From: a virus
IMG/VR virus record: IMGVR_UViG_3300028581_000013
Strand: one strand, 5' to 3'
Length of the DNA: 64,000 nucleotides
Position 1 is the stretch's first letter. Every line of letters starts with the position of its first letter. Shown here in pieces: positions 56,051 to 64,000 of this stretch. Under the pieces are notes generated by a model. That model worked only from the letters and a program-made list of their open reading frames with translations. It was not told where the DNA came from and searched no databases. The position numbers were made by a program, and so were the translations under genes.

Positions 56051-57418
56051 ATGGCCAATAAAACACTATTAACAACTTTTTCAAAACAGACTACGGTTGA
56101 GCAGTTTTACTTTTCACCGGTGGCTGTTGTTCCTCCTAATATATCTTCAGTATTAACCTCAATGTATTGTTTTCTTTCTAAAGTTGATCCTTGGGACGAT
56201 GAAGATAATCCACCAATACCACAACAAGATGTAAAATATATTAAACGAACATTTAAAAATATGTTTGTGGCCAAAAAGATAACATCAAACGATATTAGTC
56301 CTGTTATACCACGAGTTGATTGGACTTCAGGAATTACCTACGATTACTATCAAGATGACGTTGATATTTTCGATGTTGATGAAAATGGATTTGCTAATTA
56401 TAAGTTCTATGTTAAAAATAGATATGACCAGATTTTTAAATGTTTATGGAACAATAACGATTCTCCATCAACAGTAGAACCTTACTTTGAACCGGGAACA
56501 TATGGTACGGATAATATTTTTAGAGGTTCGGATGATTACAAATGGAAGTACATGTATACCATTGATGATGGTCTGCGAGTTAAATTCTTAGATAGTAACT
56601 GGATTCCTGTACCTGTTGGTACAACCATTCCAAATCCTTTAAATAGTGATTCAGGAACAGGTGATATTCCAGTCATCAATATTACTAATCGTGGTTCGGG
56701 ATACGATCCGTCAAATGCAGCCATTACTGTTGTAATAACTGGTGACGGAACTGGTGCGGTTGCAACTGCTGAGATTGATGGTGATGAAATTGCTGATGTT
56801 ATTGTTACCAATCCGGGTACAAACTACACTTACGCCAATGTGGCTATCGTTTCGGCTATCGGTTCAAATGCAACAGCTATTTGTCCAGTTTCACCAATTT
56901 CTGGCCATGCTTATGATCCTATTTCTGAACTTGGTTGTACTAAAGTAATGGTTGCTGTGGAATTCAATGCTAGTGAGAATGGCAACATACCCATTGATAT
57001 TGACTATCATCAATTGGGCATTATTGTGAACCCCACGACACGAGAATTGTCACCAAATCCAGCAAATGGTCAAATATACAAAACAACTACTGACTTGGTT
57101 GTTGCCTCTGGCCAAGGTGCATATACTAATGATGAAATTGTTTATCAAGGAACTTCACTGGCTGACGCATATTTTATTGGAACAGTTTTGAGTTTTGACT
57201 CTGGAACCAATACATTAAAGCTAATAAATACAGAAGGAACATTAGCATATAATGATTCAGTTCATGGATCAGTATCAGGCACCGTTAGAACTCTGTTAAC
57301 ATATAGTACACCAAACTTTGTACCACAGTCTGGATATATGACTTTTATTGAGAACAGAACAGGAATAACAAGAAGTGAAGATGGTATAGAACAATTTAAG
57401 ATTGTATTAGGCTACTAA
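56051..57418 (+). CDS. gp8: Baseplate wedge gp8
   Basis: R.DW.SG..YD.Y, FKCL.N, D.Y.WKYMY.I, ENR..I.R..D..E..KI. Confidence 0.88.
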   Translation: MANKTLLTTFSKQTTVEQFYFSPVAVVPPNISSVLTSMYCFLSKVDPWDDEDNPPIPQQDVKYIKRTFKNMFVAKKITSNDISPVIPRVDWTSGITYDYYQDDVDIFDVDENGFANYKFYVKNRYDQIFKCLWNNNDSPSTVEPYFEPGTYGTDNIFRGSDDYKWKYMYTIDDGLRVKFLDSNWIPVPVGTTIPNPLNSDSGTGDIPVINITNRGSGYDPSNAAITVVITGDGTGAVATAEIDGDEIADVIVTNPGTNYTYANVAIVSAIGSNATAICPVSPISGHAYDPISELGCTKVMVAVEFNASENGNIPIDIDYHQLGIIVNPTTRELSPNPANGQIYKTTTDLVVASGQGAYTNDEIVYQGTSLADAYFIGTVLSFDSGTNTLKLINTEGTLAYNDSVHGSVSGTVRTLLTYSTPNFVPQSGYMTFIENRTGITRSEDGIEQFKIVLGY

Positions 57419-57427
57419 AGGAAAAAA

Positions 57428-60400
57428 ATGGCTTTAAATTTCAACGTTGACCCTTACTATGATGATTTCGATGACACTAAAAATTTCCATCGGATTCTTT
57501 TTAAACCTGGATTTGCGGTTCAAGCCAGAGAATTAACTCAAGCTCAAACAATACTACAAGACCAAATTTCTAAGTTTGGTGCTGGCATCTATGTTGATGG
57601 ATCAAAAGTTACTGGCGGAAACATTTTTGTTGATACAAACATTATTACCTGTAAGTTAACAACAGGCACAACTTCAGAAGATATTTTAAATTATGTTGGT
57701 TATTATGCTGTTGGTGTTACGTCAAAATTTGTAACTAGAGTTATTTCAGTTGATGATATAAATCTTTATATCAGAACTAAATCGATCAACACAAATAACA
57801 ATAAAGCATTTTCATCTGGTGAAACAATTAAATTTTTTGATTCAAAGAATGATGCTCTAAACTCTGTTATGGGTTATGACATTGCTCCAACATATACAGC
57901 CACAGCAATTACAGAAACAAATTTTTCACGTTTTGTAACTGGTACTTTTTTATCTAAATCATTAAGTGTTTCTTCTGCTAGCATTAGTGTTGGTGACAAC
58001 ATTGTTATGACATCAATTAATTTGAACGCTTATGTTACAGCCATTACCGGTGTCAATTCGATTACCATCAATACACCATTAACACAAGATTTAACTGACG
58101 CTACCGTTACAGTATACAAAAAAGCATCAGTTCGTGCATTGGAAGTTTCTGTTGATGATGGTGTTTGGTTTACTAGTGGATATTTTGTTCGCCATGTGGC
58201 ATCAAGTATTATTCCTGACCAATTAAATGCTTTTCCATCTGTTGTTGTTGGTTTTGAAGTTGAAGATGAAATTGTAGATACGTTTACAGATTCTTCTCTA
58301 TTAGATCCTGCGATTGGTGCTTCCAATTATCAAGCTCCTGGTGCTGATCGATATAAAATATCATTAACTTTGGTTTACAAACCATACACTAGCACACAAG
58401 AGGTTACTAATTTAACAACAAATAAGTTTATTGAGTTAGTTCGAATTAATGCTGGAGTTATTGAATCAATCAATGACACTCCAATATTTTCAGAAGTACA
58501 AAAATCGATTGCTCGTGGTATTTACGATCAATCTGGTGATTTCTTTGTAAATCCATTTTCACTATCAATACAAGATTATTTTAATGAAGCCAATGTGATG
58601 CCTGCAGCTATTTCAACGGGTAAAGCATACATTAATGGATTTCGTGTTGAAAAAATTGCTCCAACACAATATGAATTAGAAAAGGCAAGAGATACAGAAA
58701 GTTTGACCGATCAAAATATTTCCACTTATTATGGAAATTATACTTTGATTAAAAATTTAAATGGTTCAATTATAAACTTTCAACAAGGTGTTCAAGTTGA
58801 ACTACACAATGCCGCATTTGGTGCAGCAACTTCAGCAACAAAAATTGGTACCGCTCGAATTCGTAACTTTGATTATTCTAGTGATACCGGACAAAATTCA
58901 CAATACAAAGCATTTTTGTTTAATGTTGGTTTGAACAGCAATCCATTTTCCAATGTTCGTTCAATGATTATTCCTGGTGCAGCGAATAGTTATACATCCG
59001 TCACATTCTCAGCAAACACAATTTCACCATATACATTAGTTGATAGTAATTACAATTCATTAATATTTGCTTTACCGCAAAATAATATTGCAAACGTAAA
59101 TAATATTAATTATGAAACTCGTAGATTCTTTAGTGCTCCAACGTTTGTAAATGGTTCGTATACCATTAACACAAATGGTAGCAATGAAGATTTTGTTGGT
59201 GGTTCTGGTTCAATTCCTGCAGCTCAACGTCAATTAAATTTTGCTGTAGTTACCACTTCTGCTAGTGGTAGTTATGCGACTGGTACATTTATACCAATGG
59301 ATCAGGCGAATGTTAGTATTAGTATCTCCAACTCTGGGGTTTCAGCAGGACAGGCGACCATCAACATTGGTGGAGGATTTAATGGTTCTGCTACAATCTA
59401 TGCTACCATCAGCGTGGTGGGTGATTCCATTAAGAATAAAGTTATTCAGTACGATACCGCAGTTTTAGCTTCGGCAAATACAATTGGTACACCAGTTAGT
59501 TTAGGTGTGGCAGACATTTATAATTTCAAAGGTGTATATGAATTAGGTAACACAGCAACTTATCTCGGTAACTGGTCTGAATATACCACTTACAACTCCG
59601 ATAGTGCAGTTGTATATGATAGTAACGTTTATGTATCGTTAACTACCAGTAATATTAATCGAAATCCAGAAACACAAACAGCATATTGGACACAAATCAC
59701 AAATAGCATCGATGAATACTACTTAAACGATGGACAAAAAGATGCTTTCTACGACCACGGTACAATTACAAATTTAACTGGATCTGCTCAAGGTAACGTT
59801 GTTGTTGTATTTGATCATTTCACACACTCTGGTGGTACAGGTTTCTTCACAGTAGATTCTTATCCTGTTGATTATTCTGATACTCCATCATTTACATCTC
59901 CACAGTATGGATCAAATTATAATTTACGAGATATAATTGATTTTAGACCTCGCAGAGATGATGGTGTTGGTGTTTCAACATTTAGTACATATCAAATACC
60001 TGCACCATACGAGAATATTTACACCGATTATAATTATTATTTGGGTCGTAAAGATAAAATTGTATTATATCCAACAGGAGTGTTTAAAACTATTCGTGGT
60101 GTAAGCTCTTACATTAATCCAGTTGTGCCAGCTGATATTCCAGGAACAATGACATTGTTTACTTTAGAATATCCTCCATATACGTTTAGTAGCAATACAG
60201 TCATTATCACACCTTCCGATCTAAGAAGGTATACAATGCGTGATATTGGTGTTTTGGATAAAAGAATTGGTAATTTAGAATATTACACTTCATTATCATT
60301 ATTGGAAAAAGAAGTAACGGGATCAGATATTACGGATGAAAATAATGAAAACATATTATTTAAAAATGGATTTTTAGTTGATAGTTTTACTAGCCATACT

Positions 60401-63400
60401 GTTGGTGATACTGCAAATCCAGATTATGCTTGTGCCATTGATACATTCGAAAAATGTTTAAGACCTACATTTACATCAAATGTGGCTGATTATTTTACTG
60501 TTTCCACTCAAGGTGCTTTTAAATTAACACCAGGAAAACAAAACAATTATTTGTTCCTTAAAAATAATATTGTAACATTTTCTTATAATGAAGTACCTAT
60601 GGTATTTCAAAATGTTGCAACACAAATTATTAATATTAATCCATTTGAGCTCAGTCGTTTTATTGGTTACGCTCAATTAACCCCCTCAAGTGATGTTTGG
60701 TATGATACAAAAACTCAACCAATTGTTACATATAAAACACAACAAACTTCTGCCTGGGAAAATTTTGTTGATATTGTAGGATTAAAATCTCAGACATGGG
60801 AAGATTGGGACATACACTGGTCTGGCACATCATCAGCCACTTTATCAAGACTAGCAGAAAGAGAAAGTGTAATCACTACAGCAAGAGATGCTCAATCAGG
60901 TCGACCATCTTATACAACACCTAGTACTGTAAAATTTAGACAAACAATGTCTTGGATGTCTGTGCCTGGTGTGCGTTCATCAATCAGAACAACTAAAGTA
61001 GTTTCTAATGCAGTTGTTCCTTACGCAAGAAGTAAACCATTTGAATTTACTGTTTATGGTATGGCACCAAACACTTTATTACATGTGTTTATGAATGGTG
61101 TTTGTATTGATGCATATGTTACTCCAACTTACACTTCAACATCAAGTGTTCCATTTATTGATATTGTAAATGGTGGATCAGGATTAACTAATGGAAATGA
61201 CCTTTCTATTGTATCGATTACTGGTGCTAACACAATTCCTGCAATTGCTCGAGCTAACGTTTCTGGCGGTGCAATTACGAATGTTAGAATGTTACAAAAC
61301 GGCCGTGGTTATGATTTAACTACTGCAAACGTATCTTTAACAACATCATCTTATGCTGTGGCTCCAGTTTTGAGAATTAGACAATCTTCGTTTACTGGTG
61401 CAGAACTTGTAACAAATATTCATGGTGAAGCATCTGGTACAATATTGATACCAAATGATCGATTGGTTCATTTCCCAACGGGTGCTTTATCTGTTGAATT
61501 TACAGACAACTTCTTAAATCCTTCTAGATCACAAACATATGCTAAAGCAATATTCACAGCAAAAGGATTATTGGATACAAATGAAGATGTTGTTAGCACA
61601 AGACCTCCAGTAACAACTCCACAGATTCCACCTCCACCACCGCCTCCAATTAAGCCGGTGCCACCGCCAACTCCACCGGCACCGCCAGCTGTGGTGTTAC
61701 CACCACCTCCTCCTGCACCAACACCAGGTCCAGGAACTTATGGTATTGCTATTAGACCATCAACACAGATATATGGTGGTAGTGCATCGATTTATGCATA
61801 TTTGAATTCTGCTGCCGGTTCGAACACAACATTTACTGTTCCTATTGTTAGCACAATTCCTGGTGTTTCTGATTTCACTGCAAGTATAACAGTTCGAACC
61901 GGCAGCACAACAGGTCAAACTGTTCTGAATTTAACAGGTGCATCTGGTGGTACTGGAGGCACATTATCCGGAACATCAACAACTCAAAATGGTTATACAT
62001 TTACTGGAACTCAATCAAGTTTCACAATGTATAATCAAGCAACTACATCATCAACTGTTACTGCAGCTGCTGCTTTTGTTGCTGATGCCTATAACAATAC
62101 TTCATTAAGTTTTGTAGAAGGTAAAGCATTAATAACATCACAAATACAAAATCTAATGTTAACAAGTGGTGTGACGGCTGCAAATTCTGATTTATTAATC
62201 GGTATTACTGACAGTTTTGGTACAGGCACCAGTTCTGCAAACGATGGTTTATATGGTGCTTTGTATGCGGCTACAGGATCTATACCAACAGGAACGCAAA
62301 TGGCAGCCGTTTATTTGCACGCATATCAGTTGGCTTTAGCTGGTGATGCGACTTGGGAAACAAATACTGTTGCAAAGATACGAGATATTGTTGCACAATA
62401 TGGTCCAGAAGAATTAGTAACTTTAGCTGGCCAGTTTGCTACTGACCCAAGTAATTCATCACAATACTCTACAGCAAAAGGTTCAGTTGGTAATTGTGCA
62501 TTGGATGGAATTGATCCGTTATCACAAAACTTCTTTGTTAATCCAATTCAATTCCCAAGAGGTGTGTTTATTTCATCTGTAGATATACACTTTGCTACAA
62601 AGGATCCTGTTTCTCCTGTTAGTGTTCGTATTCGACCAACTGTTAATGGATATCCTGATGCTGAAACGGATATTCCTGATTCAGTCGTTTATTTGAATCC
62701 AAACGATATTGTTGTACCAGATCAAACTTTGATAGAACAAGCTCTTGGATTACCAACAACATTTACATTTAGTAATCCAATCTATTTGAAACCTGGTCAA
62801 TATTCATTAATGTTGGCAACCGATTCAAAACTTTATAATGTGTATGCTTCTAAAGTTGGTGAAACTCAATTTGGCACCGATAGAATTGTTTCACAAGTAA
62901 CATATAGTGGATCTTTATTCAGGTCACAGAATGCTTCAACTTGGGTTGCCGCACCAAATGAACAATTAGCATTTAAATTAAATATATGTGATTTTGCTGG
63001 AGGTCGAGGAACATTTGATACAACTTCAATAGCTTCAAACCCAGCAATTGAATATGATTTATTAAATCTAATGACTCAAGATTTAACATTTAGTAATTAT
63101 GGTTCTGTTGGTTATAAAATGTTGACTGTTGACAAAGGCACTTCAGTTCAATCTGGTGAAGTAAATGTGTTTGCAAATGAGAATAACGTTTTCAATACAA
63201 GACAAATTCACTCAGCAAATGGTAATATTATCATTCGTTCAACAATTGAAAACGTTGATAAATGGACATCTCCTGTTGTTGATCTAGAACGACTCAATGC
63301 AATATTGGTAAAAAATAATATTACTAATTATGTCAATGAATCATCAAATACTGCATTAGAACTTTTACCTGGCTTTGGCAACAATGGAAGTATTGCTAAA

Positions 63401-63778
63401 TATATAACAAAACGAGTAACACTTAATAATAACTTTGATTCATCTGGTTTAACAGTATTTTTAGATGTAAATCGTAGACCTGGAACAAAGATTGAAGTGT
63501 ACTATAAAGTTTTGAACTCAAATGACCAAAACAGTTTTGATAGTCAACCATATGTATTGATGAATCCTAAATTTACTGTTGGTGGAAGTTTAGAGTCTAC
63601 TGGAGTAAGTGATTATACAACAGATACCTATCAGGCACTAAACATTACATATAGTGATGTTTCTACTGGTTCAGTATATACAAACTTTAAAGTGTTTGCT
63701 ATTAAGATTGTGATGTATTCTGACAATCCAGCAATAGTTCCTAGAATTAAGAATTTTAGAGCAATCGCAACGGCATAA
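57428..63778 (+). CDS. Very large virion structural protein (DUF4815/VrlC-like)
   Basis: NVDPYYDDF, LFKPG.AVQARELTQ.Q, APGADR, DFRP, RYTMRDIG, KNGFLVD.F, DPL.Q.F. Confidence 0.85.
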   Translation: MALNFNVDPYYDDFDDTKNFHRILFKPGFAVQARELTQAQTILQDQISKFGAGIYVDGSKVTGGNIFVDTNIITCKLTTGTTSEDILNYVGYYAVGVTSKFVTRVISVDDINLYIRTKSINTNNNKAFSSGETIKFFDSKNDALNSVMGYDIAPTYTATAITETNFSRFVTGTFLSKSLSVSSASISVGDNIVMTSINLNAYVTAITGVNSITINTPLTQDLTDATVTVYKKASVRALEVSVDDGVWFTSGYFVRHVASSIIPDQLNAFPSVVVGFEVEDEIVDTFTDSSLLDPAIGASNYQAPGADRYKISLTLVYKPYTSTQEVTNLTTNKFIELVRINAGVIESINDTPIFSEVQKSIARGIYDQSGDFFVNPFSLSIQDYFNEANVMPAAISTGKAYINGFRVEKIAPTQYELEKARDTESLTDQNISTYYGNYTLIKNLNGSIINFQQGVQVELHNAAFGAATSATKIGTARIRNFDYSSDTGQNSQYKAFLFNVGLNSNPFSNVRSMIIPGAANSYTSVTFSANTISPYTLVDSNYNSLIFALPQNNIANVNNINYETRRFFSAPTFVNGSYTINTNGSNEDFVGGSGSIPAAQRQLNFAVVTTSASGSYATGTFIPMDQANVSISISNSGVSAGQATINIGGGFNGSATIYATISVVGDSIKNKVIQYDTAVLASANTIGTPVSLGVADIYNFKGVYELGNTATYLGNWSEYTTYNSDSAVVYDSNVYVSLTTSNINRNPETQTAYWTQITNSIDEYYLNDGQKDAFYDHGTITNLTGSAQGNVVVVFDHFTHSGGTGFFTVDSYPVDYSDTPSFTSPQYGSNYNLRDIIDFRPRRDDGVGVSTFSTYQIPAPYENIYTDYNYYLGRKDKIVLYPTGVFKTIRGVSSYINPVVPADIPGTMTLFTLEYPPYTFSSNTVIITPSDLRRYTMRDIGVLDKRIGNLEYYTSLSLLEKEVTGSDITDENNENILFKNGFLVDSFTSHTVGDTANPDYACAIDTFEKCLRPTFTSNVADYFTVSTQGAFKLTPGKQNNYLFLKNNIVTFSYNEVPMVFQNVATQIININPFELSRFIGYAQLTPSSDVWYDTKTQPIVTYKTQQTSAWENFVDIVGLKSQTWEDWDIHWSGTSSATLSRLAERESVITTARDAQSGRPSYTTPSTVKFRQTMSWMSVPGVRSSIRTTKVVSNAVVPYARSKPFEFTVYGMAPNTLLHVFMNGVCIDAYVTPTYTSTSSVPFIDIVNGGSGLTNGNDLSIVSITGANTIPAIARANVSGGAITNVRMLQNGRGYDLTTANVSLTTSSYAVAPVLRIRQSSFTGAELVTNIHGEASGTILIPNDRLVHFPTGALSVEFTDNFLNPSRSQTYAKAIFTAKGLLDTNEDVVSTRPPVTTPQIPPPPPPPIKPVPPPTPPAPPAVVLPPPPPAPTPGPGTYGIAIRPSTQIYGGSASIYAYLNSAAGSNTTFTVPIVSTIPGVSDFTASITVRTGSTTGQTVLNLTGASGGTGGTLSGTSTTQNGYTFTGTQSSFTMYNQATTSSTVTAAAAFVADAYNNTSLSFVEGKALITSQIQNLMLTSGVTAANSDLLIGITDSFGTGTSSANDGLYGALYAATGSIPTGTQMAAVYLHAYQLALAGDATWETNTVAKIRDIVAQYGPEELVTLAGQFATDPSNSSQYSTAKGSVGNCALDGIDPLSQNFFVNPIQFPRGVFISSVDIHFATKDPVSPVSVRIRPTVNGYPDAETDIPDSVVYLNPNDIVVPDQTLIEQALGLPTTFTFSNPIYLKPGQYSLMLATDSKLYNVYASKVGETQFGTDRIVSQVTYSGSLFRSQNASTWVAAPNEQLAFKLNICDFAGGRGTFDTTSIASNPAIEYDLLNLMTQDLTFSNYGSVGYKMLTVDKGTSVQSGEVNVFANENNVFNTRQIHSANGNIIIRSTIENVDKWTSPVVDLERLNAILVKNNITNYVNESSNTALELLPGFGNNGSIAKYITKRVTLNNNFDSSGLTVFLDVNRRPGTKIEVYYKVLNSNDQNSFDSQPYVLMNPKFTVGGSLESTGVSDYTTDTYQALNITYSDVSTGSVYTNFKVFAIKIVMYSDNPAIVPRIKNFRAIATA

Positions 63779-63780
63779 CT

Positions 63781-63978
63781 ATGAGATTATATAAAGTTCA
63801 AGAACACGCCAATTTGGTAAAAGACATGGATAGTAAAGCTATATTAAATACTAATGCTGCTGCACTATTGGATTACAAAAAGAAACAAGAAATGAAAAAA
63901 GATATTGATTCTTTAAAATCTGACATTGGTGAGATGAAACAGATGTTAAATAAAATATTTTCAATGTTAGAAAAATAA
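63781..63978 (+). CDS. Small coiled-coil protein
   Basis: LVKD..S.AILN; C-terminal heptads. Confidence 0.7.
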   Translation: MRLYKVQEHANLVKDMDSKAILNTNAAALLDYKKKQEMKKDIDSLKSDIGEMKQMLNKIFSMLEK

Positions 63979-64000
63979 TACATAGGAATTTAAATGGCTA

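Noticed and set aside
1-64000. Alternative genetic code, inteins, DGR or integrase
   Set aside because: Core genes are full length in the standard code, and no intein, reverse transcriptase or recombinase motifs were seen.

Overview
This AT-rich window comes from a large T4-like (Tevenvirinae-related) myophage. The host is probably proteobacterial (inference from the tmRNA type and the sigma70 promoters). From left to right it contains: (1) nrdA (partial), nrdB, a GIY-YIG nuclease and RNase H; (2) a roughly 25 kb accessory/early region of small ORFs with a vWA/peptidase gene, a MoxR/CobS AAA+ gene, GroES, a MazG-like gene, tRNA-Tyr, tRNA-Glu and many sigma70 promoters, six of which carry the same TGTTGT-N6-ACAACA palindrome; (3) a repeat-rich non-coding zone at 12.1-13.5 kb where GC skew switches, a candidate origin or genome end; (4) a permuted two-piece tmRNA with tag ANDNMYALAA; (5) gp33, gp59 and gp32; (6) the tail and baseplate module (two paralogous tape-measure-like genes, gp51/gp26, gp54, gp2, gp4, gp48, gp53, a gp27-like gene, gp5 split in three, gp25, gp6, gp7, gp8 and a 2116-aa structural protein). 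The strongest leads are a perfect T-TTT-TTC -1 slippery site that would fuse gp26 to gp51 directly upstream of the tape-measure-like genes (lambda G/GT-like), a possible phage ribosome-rescue set (two-piece tmRNA, an unannotated ArfA-like microprotein and tRNAs), and the palindromic operator regulon. All protein calls come from motif recognition and gene order; no searches were run.
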